This document shows, in pieces, positions 15,838 to 26,131 of a stretch of 64,000 nt of DNA. The position numbers and the translations under genes are program-made. Numbering within the stretch: the first letter of the stretch is position 1; the number at the start of each line of letters is the position of its first letter. The notes under the pieces are model-generated. The model did no database searches, was not told the origin of the DNA, and worked only from the letters and a program-made list of their open reading frames with translations. The stretch is taken from positions 1-64,000 of the IMG/VR virus record IMGVR_UViG_3300042350_002797, one strand, 5' to 3'.

Positions 15838-16492
15838 CAGGTTTTATAAAAATGAAATCTGCTTTTCCTACTTTTTGTATGTTCTTATACCCTAACGAAT
15901 TTAAAAGTTTTTCTGGATCAGGCATAGTGCTATTTTGTCGAGTGTGTACTCTTACTTTATTTTCAATTAAAATAACAGGGGAGTTATTTTTAAGAAACTC
16001 TGTGGCTCCATCTAATAAATATCCTTCGTGACTGTCTACATCAATTTTAACAAAATCAATATCTTTAAGATTTAGATCATCTAATTTAATAGTATTCACT
16101 TTTATTGTAATCTGATCTGCTAAATCTTTTTCTTCTAATGTTGATACCCATGCGCTAAAATTGTTATTTACAAAATTTTGAATACCATTTTTATTACTGA
16201 TACCAACATTTTCAATTTTGCAATTTCTGATATTGCGAATTTCTAAATTTTTATTACAACACTCAAACATTTCTTGATTAGCTTCGAAACCTAAAACATT
16301 TTTAAATTTGGTCGACATAGCGATAGTCGAGTCTCCGATCCATGTTCCAATATCAATAGCGTTATCAAATTTTCTTACATATTTAAGAGCTTCTGCAATA
16401 GCATTAACACATGGAAAGTTTTCTTCTTCTACCATTAAAGCAACTCTATCTTTAGTAGAATCTGCGCAATACCAATTACCTATTTTTTTCAT
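15830..16492 (-). CDS. FkbM-family methyltransferase
   Basis: IDIGTWIG, GFEAN, DFVKIDVDSHE. Confidence 0.85.
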   Translation of the reverse strand: MKKIGNWYCADSTKDRVALMVEEENFPCVNAIAEALKYVRKFDNAIDIGTWIGDSTIAMSTKFKNVLGFEANQEMFECCNKNLEIRNIRNCKIENVGISNKNGIQNFVNNNFSAWVSTLEEKDLADQITIKVNTIKLDDLNLKDIDFVKIDVDSHEGYLLDGATEFLKNNSPVILIENKVRVHTRQNSTMPDPEKLLNSLGYKNIQKVGKADFIFIKPDE

Positions 16493-16832
16493 TATGGTAT
16501 CCTACAGTTTCTCTTTCAATGTCTTCGTGATCGAATTCCGCCCAATAAAGTTCGAAAGCTACAGTATCTTCTAGTGCCTCAAACTGATGAAATTCACCGG
16601 GGGCAACTTTAGTATACATACCGTTCATCAAAACAGTTTCGTCAACAAGATCATAATTGTTTTTCCAGACACGTATAATTAACGCACCTTTTTCAACAAA
16701 AAATCCATTCCACTTGAACTTGTGTTTATGTTTAGAACAGACACCGCCTTTCTTAATATCGATCCGATGAAATTCTAAAACACCGTTGGCTTCTAAAAGC
16801 TCTGTTTGCCCCCATACTTTTCCTGCAATCAT
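16476..16832 (-). CDS. Cupin (sugar isomerase-like)
   Basis: KVWG, CSKHKH, PGEFHQFEA. Confidence 0.75.
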   Translation of the reverse strand: MIAGKVWGQTELLEANGVLEFHRIDIKKGGVCSKHKHKFKWNGFFVEKGALIIRVWKNNYDLVDETVLMNGMYTKVAPGEFHQFEALEDTVAFELYWAEFDHEDIERETVGYHNEKNR

Positions 16833-16842
16833 AGTTTCCTCT

Positions 16843-17361
16843 TTACAAAATTTTACTTAAATTTATAAGCTCGCATTGTCTACTAATTTCTTTAACAAAA
16901 TAACAGCAGTTAGGTTTAGATGAATCACTAGTAGGCACACTTAATAATTGTCCGTTCTTCATCTTAGGAAAATACCATTTAACATCATTGTAAAAATTTA
17001 CAATTTCTATTGGTTTAAATTCTATTCTAAAACTACTTAACGGATTAAAACAAAATGCTTCGAACCCTCTATCATTTAAACTAGTTAATGGCAATATTTC
17101 TATATCATTGTTACTACTACTATCTCCTACAGCAATGCTCCAATCAATAGGCATAGAGATTTCATCATTGCCTATTCTTAAAACCATTGCAGGACTGTTA
17201 AAACTTTCTAAAAAAATTAATGGTATAAAATAAAAATCTGGATCTATTGGATTACTATTATCTAATACGCTGAATCTCATATTTTCATCTACATCGTCAG
17301 GCAAATTATTTAAGTCAAATGCGGTGTTATCTAAAGTTAAAATTTTCATTTTTGATTCCAA
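16843..17361 (-). CDS. Hypothetical protein
   Basis: 172-aa ORF overlapping the UvsW stop. Confidence 0.75.
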   Translation of the reverse strand: MESKMKILTLDNTAFDLNNLPDDVDENMRFSVLDNSNPIDPDFYFIPLIFLESFNSPAMVLRIGNDEISMPIDWSIAVGDSSSNNDIEILPLTSLNDRGFEAFCFNPLSSFRIEFKPIEIVNFYNDVKWYFPKMKNGQLLSVPTSDSSKPNCCYFVKEISRQCELINLSKIL

Positions 17362-18818
17362 TCAATTTTGTCGAGGGTGAACGGGTACTTAGCATCTTTA
17401 TAATATCTTTTTCGTTCAGTTAAATGTTTTTTAGCGTATTTGCAATTAGAGGTTATATCCCAGATCTGAACGAAGTCTTTGTCTTCAGCTTTTCTAATAC
17501 CTCGCCCAATGCTCTGTATAACGCGGACAAAGCTTTTTCCGGGTTCCAAAAGAACCAAATTAAAAATCCTAGGAATATTAATACCCACAGCGGCCACACC
17601 GTAAGTCGCCACAATAATCTTATTATCGCTTGTTTTAATTTCATCATATTCTTCTTTTCTGTCGGTAGTTTTTACTTTTCCTGAAACAAATACAGATTCG
17701 GGAATCAATTCTGTTAATAAATTACCAGTGTCTATTCTGTTTACTAAAACCAAGGTGTTTCCTGAGTCTGCAATAGTGTTAATGTAATTGGAAATATATT
17801 TGATTCGATCCTTATTTGTTACCAAATATTTTAATTCATCTGCATAAGACTTAAATTCTAAAAAATCACTTAATTGTAATATGTTAACATGCAGATTGCT
17901 GAGTACACCTAGTTCTTGAAGTTCGTAGGCTTTTATACCGCCAATTACTGGGCCTATGCTAGCAAAAATTATTTCAGATTCGTAATCTTGCTTAGGAATA
18001 GTTCCTGTGAGTCCCCAACGTATAGCAGAATTACAAAAATTTTGAGTCAATAAATTTTTTAACACATCTGCTTTAGCCATATGCACTTCGTCGACTATCA
18101 CACATCTTACACCATCTAAAAATTCAGCTAAAGTTATTATCTCGTGTTCTTGATTTTTACTTTTTTTATCTAAAATGTTGAGACTTTGCCATGTGCATAT
18201 TGTGTGAGTTTTACCTAACTCTTTTCTATCCCCATAATATACTCCAACATCTAATCCGACAAGTCGAAAATCTTCTTCTGTTTGTGTAACTAAATCTTTA
18301 TTGGGAACAATAACCATTGTTCTTCCGTACGGTTCGCATAACTGAGCCAAAGTTGCTGTCATAATAGTTTTACCGGCACCAGTTGCTACTTCCTGTAGAC
18401 TTTGCGGATTTTCGATAAATCTATTAACAACATCTACTTGATCGTCACGTAGCATTATAGGGTCGCCTTCGAATCTATGGCCTGATCCCCATACTTTACC
18501 TTGATCTGCCCAGTATGCGTTTGTTACTTTAGTAAAATTTAATTTTAATGATTGTCTCTTATCCTGTATGTCTTCAACAGTTACATTATTTTCTTCTAAT
18601 ATTTCTAAAATTCTAGGTAGTTGATTTATATAACCATTACCGCCAAGGCCAAACAACGTAACACTACCATCCCATCGACCTAATTTAAATGAAGGCCGAT
18701 ATCTAGCTGTTGGATCAATATATTTGAATTTTTTAGAAAGCTTTCGTCGAATTTCAACAGGCAATCCTTCTAATTTTATATTAACTTCGTCTTGAATAAT
18801 TAATTTACAAAATATCAT
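17346..18818 (-). CDS. uvsW: SF2 DNA helicase (UvsW-like)
   Basis: ATGAGKT, DEVH, GLTGT, AVGINIP, QSIGRGIR. Confidence 0.92.
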   Translation of the reverse strand: MIFCKLIIQDEVNIKLEGLPVEIRRKLSKKFKYIDPTARYRPSFKLGRWDGSVTLFGLGGNGYINQLPRILEILEENNVTVEDIQDKRQSLKLNFTKVTNAYWADQGKVWGSGHRFEGDPIMLRDDQVDVVNRFIENPQSLQEVATGAGKTIMTATLAQLCEPYGRTMVIVPNKDLVTQTEEDFRLVGLDVGVYYGDRKELGKTHTICTWQSLNILDKKSKNQEHEIITLAEFLDGVRCVIVDEVHMAKADVLKNLLTQNFCNSAIRWGLTGTIPKQDYESEIIFASIGPVIGGIKAYELQELGVLSNLHVNILQLSDFLEFKSYADELKYLVTNKDRIKYISNYINTIADSGNTLVLVNRIDTGNLLTELIPESVFVSGKVKTTDRKEEYDEIKTSDNKIIVATYGVAAVGINIPRIFNLVLLEPGKSFVRVIQSIGRGIRKAEDKDFVQIWDITSNCKYAKKHLTERKRYYKDAKYPFTLDKIDWNQK

Positions 18819-19980
18819 AATGTTTCTCTGAAGCAGGCTTGTGTGAGCTATAATGAGTAATTAAATCTACTCTTTGACAAAATGCAGAAGTTTTAGATCC
18901 GTTAAAAGTCGGAGAAAAATTTATCACAGATAATGGGTACCAGTTGGTGTTTAACAAAAATTTAGGCAATAACGCACTAGCTATACCTGCAATTTTTGTT
19001 TCTGAAGTCAATTTTTTGTTTAAATTATTATTTTTTATAAATTCATTAAATTCTTTGTTTACTGGTAATGAGTTGTCTACTCTAAAATAAATTCCTATGC
19101 TATCATTAAACGTTTTCTCTGAATAATTTTTTAGTAAATTTAGTATTCTTAATGAGGATACTACATCGTGTTTATCGAATACGAACAAGCAAGGAAATCT
19201 ATTCAAACTGCTAAAAGATTCTAAAATTTCTTCTAATGTATAATTTGTTTCATCAATCCAAATATTTGTTTTTGATCTATTCGCAATTTTAAATTTGAGA
19301 GAATTTTCTACCTTTTTTGACGAAAAAGAATATTGATACTTAATTCGCCTATCCAATAAAATTAAATCTTTATCAGACTCATTAATAATTTCATCTGTTA
19401 CTTGAGATAAAATTTTATTATTATGTGGATTATGTATGTCTAAATAGTTAGAATTATTTTTTACTAATTCAGTAATTTTTTTATATAAATTTTTAACATC
19501 ATCGCTAACAATAAAATCTTCCTTTGAAAAGAAATCAACAACAGTTATTAGATTAAATTCGTTGCATAAAATTTTATAAAGTGTCGGAGAAATATTGATT
19601 GTGTTTCCTGATACAACTTTTTTTAATTTATTAATTTTATCTTTAAACGACTTATCATGAGTCGATTCTACTATTAAATACTTAAAATCCAAGTCTGAAA
19701 AATATATTCTTTTAGTAGGAATTATCTCTCTAAAATCTTTACTCCACAAAGGATTTTCAATTAATGATACTTCTTCTGCGTTCATAATCTTTAAGTTTTC
19801 TTTGTTTGATGACAATATATTGATTAACAGATTTGCTTGTTTTTTGGTCAAAAATATGTCCCTTTTTAACTGATGTGATAAACTTAATAGAATCTTCTTT
19901 TCTTTTTTTGGGAAAGAGTCGTTGTCTTGAAATGACAATGTTTCGGTAAGAGTAATCAGTAAAGCATCAGTAGTTAACAT
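18805..19980 (-). CDS. Hypothetical protein (start re-called to ATG 19980)
   Basis: Long ORF; longer call runs into the promoter -10 box. Confidence 0.7.
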   Translation of the reverse strand: MLTTDALLITLTETLSFQDNDSFPKKEKKILLSLSHQLKRDIFLTKKQANLLINILSSNKENLKIMNAEEVSLIENPLWSKDFREIIPTKRIYFSDLDFKYLIVESTHDKSFKDKINKLKKVVSGNTINISPTLYKILCNEFNLITVVDFFSKEDFIVSDDVKNLYKKITELVKNNSNYLDIHNPHNNKILSQVTDEIINESDKDLILLDRRIKYQYSFSSKKVENSLKFKIANRSKTNIWIDETNYTLEEILESFSSLNRFPCLFVFDKHDVVSSLRILNLLKNYSEKTFNDSIGIYFRVDNSLPVNKEFNEFIKNNNLNKKLTSETKIAGIASALLPKFLLNTNWYPLSVINFSPTFNGSKTSAFCQRVDLITHYSSHKPASEKHYDIL

Positions 19981-19987
19981 TTTATAA

Positions 19988-20016
19988 ATTATAAACAAAT
20001 TTTACACGAATGTCAA
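19988..20016 (-). promoter_or_regulatory. sigma70-type promoter
   Basis: TTGACA (20016-20011), 17 bp, TATAAT (19993-19988). Confidence 0.8.
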
Positions 20017-20870
20017 ATATTAGACAAGAAAATTCTCTTTAATGGTATTCCCTGAGCAATTTCATCGAGAGTCCATTCGGTATGACAAAACTTTTCAAAC
20101 CACAACTCTCTCTTAGGTCTGATTGGACTATCTATTGTTGAAAAATCTGTGTTACCTACAGGTGCTGCTAAACTTTCATTACCTACAAATGCTGGGACAC
20201 CATTAATTATACTTAAAATTCCGGTATTTGAGCTAGGATTTACTACGGCCCAAGCATTTTTTAAATCTTCATCGAAGTCGAAATCATCATAAGTATTCGA
20301 TATATGTTTTGGTATTCTAATTTTTACATCTTTGTATTTAAAATTTGCTGCCCAGGACCAATCGCGAGGGTGGGGCCTGAATACGATAGGTTTATCAGAG
20401 TAAGATTTTATGGAATCTATAGTTGATTTTAACCAGAGGACAGGGTCGGCTCGATGTACCCATTGTTCGCTTTTAGTATGCTGTCCACATATCAAAATAT
20501 TATAGCCACTATACTGCCAAGGCTTTAATTCAATACCTAATGCTTTTGATCTTTCTGGTATAAGATTAGTTTCGTTAGCAAAAAAACCTAAATTATTAAC
20601 ATGATTAAGGCCTACTCTCCATGTTTCTCCTCTCTTAATACATCCTATCTCTAACACCAATAGTTTTTTTCTCTGCTGATGAGCATGTTCCCATATGGGT
20701 CTATTTTGTAACATTCTTCCATGCCATAAGACTGACCATATTACTAGTATATCGGCTGACATATCGTGTTCTACTAAGTCGAACCCTAAATTTTTTGCAC
20801 CTTTTTCGAGAGCAGCAAATACAGGTCGAGAGTTTTGAGCACCAAATCGAGGAAAAATTGACAGTTTCAT
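20013..20870 (-). CDS. KpsS/KpsC-like polysaccharide biosynthesis protein
   Basis: FRPHP, AWAVVNPSSNTGILSIINGVP motifs. Confidence 0.55.
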   Translation of the reverse strand: MKLSIFPRFGAQNSRPVFAALEKGAKNLGFDLVEHDMSADILVIWSVLWHGRMLQNRPIWEHAHQQRKKLLVLEIGCIKRGETWRVGLNHVNNLGFFANETNLIPERSKALGIELKPWQYSGYNILICGQHTKSEQWVHRADPVLWLKSTIDSIKSYSDKPIVFRPHPRDWSWAANFKYKDVKIRIPKHISNTYDDFDFDEDLKNAWAVVNPSSNTGILSIINGVPAFVGNESLAAPVGNTDFSTIDSPIRPKRELWFEKFCHTEWTLDEIAQGIPLKRIFLSNI

Positions 20871-20908
20871 ATAGTTGATAAGTAATGTATGTATTTAACG
20901 GAGTAACA

Positions 20909-21718
20909 ATGCCAAAGTATGCAGTCGTAACAACTTTTCATGCCAAAGGTTATGAGCAATATGCTCAAAAGTTCATAAAAACTTTCTTAAAAACATGGCC
21001 TCAGTCGGTTGTTTTATATGTGTACACCGAAGATTGCGAGATTGCCGAGACCGGTGTTAACTTAATTGTAAGAGATTTACATTCAGCTAGTCAACCTTTA
21101 GTGGATTTTAAAAATAAGTGGAAAAATGTCCCTAAAGCCAATGGTGATGTTAGTCAAGACCCAGTTAGAAGCAAAAGAAGAGATGCCGGAAAAGGTTTCA
21201 AATGGGATGCGGTAAGATTTAGTCACAAAGTTTACAGTATTTTTCATTGTGCAGCTAATTGCGATGCAGATATTTTAATTTGGATGGATGCAGACATGAT
21301 TTGTCATAGTCCCGTTGACGAAAATGTGTTAAATTCTCTAATTCCTGAAGAAAACGATCTTTGCTTTTTAGGAAGGGAAGGAAAATTTAGTGAATGTGGT
21401 TTGTATTCGTTAAATCTTCATAAGAAACAGACAAAAAGATTTTTAAAAAGGTTTCAAGAGTATTATGATAAAGCCGAAAACGGTATTTTTACCTTAGACG
21501 AGTGGCACGACAGTTTTGTGTTCGACGCTGTAAGGAAAGATGTTCCTTTAAACTCGTTAGATTGGTCAAAAAATCTTATTAAAGGAGAAGGTCACCCTTT
21601 AATCAATAGTGCTTGGGGTGCATACCTCGATCATCTTAAAGGAGCACGTAAAAAAACCGGTAAAAGTATGCCTACGGACCTTGTAGTTAAAAGAAACGAA
21701 AAATATTGGACAAATTAA
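20909..21718 (+). CDS. Putative glycosyltransferase (GT-A-like; start re-called to ATG 20909)
   Basis: WMDAD DxD motif, RFSHKV, WHDSFVFD; GGAG SD before MPKYAVV. Confidence 0.6.
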   Translation: MPKYAVVTTFHAKGYEQYAQKFIKTFLKTWPQSVVLYVYTEDCEIAETGVNLIVRDLHSASQPLVDFKNKWKNVPKANGDVSQDPVRSKRRDAGKGFKWDAVRFSHKVYSIFHCAANCDADILIWMDADMICHSPVDENVLNSLIPEENDLCFLGREGKFSECGLYSLNLHKKQTKRFLKRFQEYYDKAENGIFTLDEWHDSFVFDAVRKDVPLNSLDWSKNLIKGEGHPLINSAWGAYLDHLKGARKKTGKSMPTDLVVKRNEKYWTN

Positions 21719-22378
21719 ATGGGATTAAAAGAATATCACGGGTTTTATTTTCCGGCTTACGACGATCATTTTCCAAAGATGCTGGATAAAAGCTTAAAGA
21801 AAGATAATGTGTTACGATATCAGTGGCGAGCTAGAGATGCTGCTGTAAAAATTTGTGAAAAAAGAAGATATTGTATAGATATTGGTGCGAACGTAGGATT
21901 GTGGGCTTGCGATTTAGTAAAAGAATTTAATCATGTCATTGCGTTTGAACCAGTGCGTGATTTTAGAAAATGTTTTGTGAAAAATGTTAAATTAAAAAAT
22001 TATACGCTATATGATAACGCATTAGGCAAAGAAGAAACATTAATTAACATGAATATTGTTGCAGGTAATACAGGACACAGTCATGTTGATCTAACTTCTT
22101 ATGGAAAAGGTGAAATATCTATGAAAACTTTAGACAGTTTTAATTTCAAAGATATAGATATGATTAAGATTGACGTCGAAGGATTTGAAGAACAAATATT
22201 ACTGGGTGCGCAACAAACAATAGAAAATAATCTTCCAATCCTTGTTATTGAACAACAAAAACACGAGTATCAAGACGACATGAAAGATTTAACTAGTATT
22301 AAACTTTTAAATAAATGGGGATATGAGGTTATAGAACAATATAATAAAGATTGGATTCTTAAATCAAAAAAGGCCTAA
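21719..22378 (+). CDS. FkbM-family methyltransferase
   Basis: IDIGANVG, AFEP, MIKIDVEGFE. Confidence 0.9.
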   Translation: MGLKEYHGFYFPAYDDHFPKMLDKSLKKDNVLRYQWRARDAAVKICEKRRYCIDIGANVGLWACDLVKEFNHVIAFEPVRDFRKCFVKNVKLKNYTLYDNALGKEETLINMNIVAGNTGHSHVDLTSYGKGEISMKTLDSFNFKDIDMIKIDVEGFEEQILLGAQQTIENNLPILVIEQQKHEYQDDMKDLTSIKLLNKWGYEVIEQYNKDWILKSKKA

Positions 22379-23264
22379 ATTTTTGGTAAATTCTACCAGT
22401 TTTTCCATCGTCGTCGTTCCAGTGCGCTGCGGCTAAGTCAAATAACCATTGATCTCTTTCAAACATTTCAGGATTTTCGATATTTTTTATAGACATATTA
22501 GCAACTGCTTTTGCTACACAACTTGAATCATCGATAAAAATAGGAATACCTTCGCATATAGCTGCTACTGCACTAGAACTATTAAAAAATACTGCGGCCC
22601 ATGCCTTATGCATACTATGAGTTAACGGAACTGATTTACTATCCATAACTGTAATATTACTTTGTACAAATTTTGAAAAATCTTGAGGTTTTCCTGGATG
22701 AGGTCTAATTATTATAGGTCTGTCTGTATATTGACGTATTTCTTTTATTTTTTGATCTAACCATACCACGGGATCTAGATTTTTCATACTAAATCCTCCG
22801 TCTCTTTGCATACAAATTAAAATATGTCTACCTTTTGTCCTCCAAGGTTTGATATCTATTTGCAATGATTTACTAATTTTTTTCCATGGTTTAGAATCGC
22901 TGTGTTTATTAGCATATTCCGCTTGATCATAAAATGGTCCGTCTAAACTATATCTTAAAAACCTATTTTCTAGATCTGCATATTTCCAACAACCTGCATC
23001 AATACACATAGTTCGACCGCCTATCTTTTTTTGTTCTTCTACAATCTGTTGTCGTAAAAGAACATTAGGAGTAGTTTTGTCTTGTGTGACCCATCCAAGA
23101 ATAACTGCTAACTTACTAGGAGTATACTTATAAGAATTTTCAACATGAACATTAGCTCCTAATAATTTTGCACCATCTGCAAAACTTTGTAAACAACTTT
23201 CTTTTCTTGGGTGCTTGTTTAAATTTAACACACTACTTTTATAAACTATGACATCATGTTTCAC
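22359..23264 (-). CDS. KpsS/KpsC-like polysaccharide biosynthesis protein
   Basis: IRPHP, AWAAVFFNSSSAVAAICEGIP. Confidence 0.55.
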   Translation of the reverse strand: MKHDVIVYKSSVLNLNKHPRKESCLQSFADGAKLLGANVHVENSYKYTPSKLAVILGWVTQDKTTPNVLLRQQIVEEQKKIGGRTMCIDAGCWKYADLENRFLRYSLDGPFYDQAEYANKHSDSKPWKKISKSLQIDIKPWRTKGRHILICMQRDGGFSMKNLDPVVWLDQKIKEIRQYTDRPIIIRPHPGKPQDFSKFVQSNITVMDSKSVPLTHSMHKAWAAVFFNSSSAVAAICEGIPIFIDDSSCVAKAVANMSIKNIENPEMFERDQWLFDLAAAHWNDDDGKTGRIYQKFRPFLI

Positions 23265-24921
23265 TTACAATTCTCCAAGCTAATCCTGATCGCATTTCGT
23301 CTACGGTAAATTGTGCGTATGCTAAATGACATGCCCAGTGATGCACTTCATCGAGTGTTGGTATGTAAGGTGTTTCAATTTTTGACAAATCTGACAGGCA
23401 AAGGCTTTGTGCAGCATTTGGTCCTAAAGTAAATGCAGGTTTTCCTAACAATAATGCTTCTGTAGCAGCTATACTGTTAAAAGTCACTAAACAATGCACA
23501 TCACGAGATAACGCCATTTCCATTGTGTCAGTAGTTACTCTTTCTGCACGACCTTTTTTAATTCTTGTTATTATCGGCCTATCAGTATACTGTTTTATAG
23601 TGTTAATAGTAGTAGTCAACCATTCGTCTAAATCTAATTCATAAAATGCCATCGCCTTAGCACTAGGCGGACAAAGAAGAATACTAGATCCTCTTCTAAA
23701 CTTTGTTAAGCTCATTCCGGTGGCTTCGAATCTGTCTGCTGGTCTATCTAACACAGGTCCTATATTTTGCATGGAGTTTTTTGTAACCCTATGATATAAT
23801 TTTTTACGACCGTTTCCAAAATATCCTGTATCTATATAATAGAAATCTCTTCCAATTTCTTGACAGCTTTTCATTTGTTTACGTTTAGTAATTCCTCTTA
23901 AAAGTACAGGTTGAGATTTAGGCTCGGCGATGTCCCAAGTACTAATTTGACCTCCAGCTCCTAATACAAAATTTTGTAAAATAGGGTCGTACATATGTCC
24001 TTTCTCCAAATATTTTACTTCGTTACTATCTGAATTAACAGAAATTATAGAATCTACTGTTAAATTTTTAATTTGTTCTACTATGCTTTTTGTAGTAATA
24101 TTATAATAACTTCCGGATGGGTCCACCCTATATTTCAATATACTGTCAAAAATATTTTTAATTTCATCTGGAACAGATTCGTACGGGCTTAGTAGAGGAG
24201 CTGGTGCAGTATGTTTTAAATATTCATATTTTTCTTGAAGCCATGTAGCACCGTATTCGCAATTAAGATAATTAGGAAACCAAGGACCGCCTTCAGTATA
24301 ATGAATAGCTTTAGGCGAACCGTCTTTAGGTTCGTGGTACCAATTTACTAACCAGTTCCATTCATGGTTGATTGTACCTATCTCTTCATCTTTAAGCCAT
24401 TGAAATCTATGTAAGAATGCTCCAGTTTGACTGTTAACTAGTTCTGGAGTTAGTAGTTGATTCGAAGGATGTTGACAGTTAAACAAAATCAACGAGCTCC
24501 AATTTTTTCTAGGATATAAATGTTGTGTTTGATTATCCATCTTGGTAGAATTTGTTGGATTATATTCGTGATGAACACACATTACAGCATATTGCTGATT
24601 TTCCTTTCTCCAAGCAACTTCAAATAATTTAGTTATATCTTCTAAAAACAAAAAATCACAATCACAAAATATGGCCCATCCTTTATATTCGGAAAGATAA
24701 GGAACTAAAAATCTTGTAAAAGTAAATTCCGTTGAACTTAATGGATCTACTTCCCTTGTATAGATTTTTTGTTCTCTAAGTTCTTGCTGATCTAAAGGTT
24801 CGACTTGTACACCCGAACTTCTTCTATGAATAGAATATTTACAAATTTCATAGGCAATATCTTCTCTAGAATCGTACCCAACATATACTTTCATTTTCTT
24901 TCTATGTCCTCTTCTACACAA
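23254..24921 (-). CDS. GT8-like glycosyltransferase fused to a KpsS-like domain
   Basis: VYVGYDSRE, STEFTFTRF, FCDCD, PRKNWSS, IHYTEGGPW; C-terminal LVTFNSIAATEALLLGKP. Confidence 0.7.
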   Translation of the reverse strand: MCRRGHRKKMKVYVGYDSREDIAYEICKYSIHRRSSGVQVEPLDQQELREQKIYTREVDPLSSTEFTFTRFLVPYLSEYKGWAIFCDCDFLFLEDITKLFEVAWRKENQQYAVMCVHHEYNPTNSTKMDNQTQHLYPRKNWSSLILFNCQHPSNQLLTPELVNSQTGAFLHRFQWLKDEEIGTINHEWNWLVNWYHEPKDGSPKAIHYTEGGPWFPNYLNCEYGATWLQEKYEYLKHTAPAPLLSPYESVPDEIKNIFDSILKYRVDPSGSYYNITTKSIVEQIKNLTVDSIISVNSDSNEVKYLEKGHMYDPILQNFVLGAGGQISTWDIAEPKSQPVLLRGITKRKQMKSCQEIGRDFYYIDTGYFGNGRKKLYHRVTKNSMQNIGPVLDRPADRFEATGMSLTKFRRGSSILLCPPSAKAMAFYELDLDEWLTTTINTIKQYTDRPIITRIKKGRAERVTTDTMEMALSRDVHCLVTFNSIAATEALLLGKPAFTLGPNAAQSLCLSDLSKIETPYIPTLDEVHHWACHLAYAQFTVDEMRSGLAWRIVSET

Positions 24922-25655
24922 TTAGTTCCATACTGTATTTCTACTATTTTTAAAGGAGTAGACGACGGATTACATAATTGGTGCCATTCTTCTTTTTTAA
25001 TATGTAATGATTGATGTTTATGAAAGGTTCCTACAAATTCGTGATCGCTTTTGCGATTTATAGTATATACTTCCGCTGTACCTTCGACAATAAACCAATG
25101 TTCTGATCTATCTTGATGCTTTTGCATAGACAACGATTGTCCGGGATTTACAGTAAGTTCTTTTACTTTAACTTCTGTATTGTTTTCATGCAATATTCGA
25201 TAATATCCCCAAGGCCTCTGTGTTGTAGGATATTTCCATTCTTCTAATATCCATGAACTAGAATTTTTCTTATCAGATCCGCCGACACCAAAGGCAAACT
25301 CTAGGTGATTGTCTGTGATATCCATTTCTGGAATATTTAATGCTGTGCGATCGCCACCGTTAGCAAAAATAATATGATCTTGAGGATAACTTTGTCTGAC
25401 CATCCATATAGCATGGTTAGCTGTATTGTCGTTATCATCAAAATCGATGACAAAATCGACCCCTTTAATATTACGCAAAATATTAGCACGTTCCATTAAA
25501 GGCATAAAACATTTACCTTTTTTACGAGCTAACCATTGATCGGAATTTACACCAATAACTAGTAAATCTCCTAGTTTACTGGCTTCTTGAATGTAAGATA
25601 TATGTCCAGAATGGATCGGATCAAATCCACCTGTTATCAACACGATTTTTTTCAT
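24891..25655 (-). CDS. Cytidylyltransferase-family domain fused to a mannose-6-phosphate-isomerase-type cupin
   Basis: TGGFDPIHSGH (HIGH-like), NGGDR; QRPWGYY, SMQKHQDRSEHW, EIQYG. Confidence 0.85.
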   Translation of the reverse strand: MKKIVLITGGFDPIHSGHISYIQEASKLGDLLVIGVNSDQWLARKKGKCFMPLMERANILRNIKGVDFVIDFDDNDNTANHAIWMVRQSYPQDHIIFANGGDRTALNIPEMDITDNHLEFAFGVGGSDKKNSSSWILEEWKYPTTQRPWGYYRILHENNTEVKVKELTVNPGQSLSMQKHQDRSEHWFIVEGTAEVYTINRKSDHEFVGTFHKHQSLHIKKEEWHQLCNPSSTPLKIVEIQYGTNCVEEDIERK

Positions 25656-25673
25656 GCTGATATTTATATTGGG

Positions 25674-26129
25674 TCAAAGACTAGCGTCTTCCATTCCGGC
25701 TACTCGAAGTTTGATTATGTTAGATAACTGCCATTGTTTAATGTCTAAAGCTTTAGTGATTCCTAACCATTTATTTCTAAGTAAGGCAAACTCATTGATT
25801 ATCTTTTCAAAATCAACCACATCTGACTCACCTTCGACATATTTTTCGCAATCTCGAGAGCTTAATGCTCGTTGATAGTTTTCTAAATATTTGCGAAAAT
25901 GTTGACTTTTTAGTCTTCGAAGTTCAATATTAAGATATTCTAATACTGCTTCAATTTCTTGTAGTTGACTATATCTTAATTCCACGATGCCTGGCATATT
26001 AGCAGCTGCCTTTTCAATATTACCCGCGATACGGCTATCATTCCTTGCTGCCTCCAATTCGGCTTCATAATACACTACGGCATCTGGAATATAAGATATA
26101 TCTTTACTTATTTTTGAATACCAGGACAT
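25674..26129 (-). CDS. uvsY: Recombination mediator UvsY-like
   Basis: Helical 151-aa protein, YVEGE..., KALDIKQWQLSNIIKLRVAGMED C-terminus; near uvsX. Confidence 0.75.
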   Translation of the reverse strand: MSWYSKISKDISYIPDAVVYYEAELEAARNDSRIAGNIEKAAANMPGIVELRYSQLQEIEAVLEYLNIELRRLKSQHFRKYLENYQRALSSRDCEKYVEGESDVVDFEKIINEFALLRNKWLGITKALDIKQWQLSNIIKLRVAGMEDASL

Positions 26130-26131
26130 AA

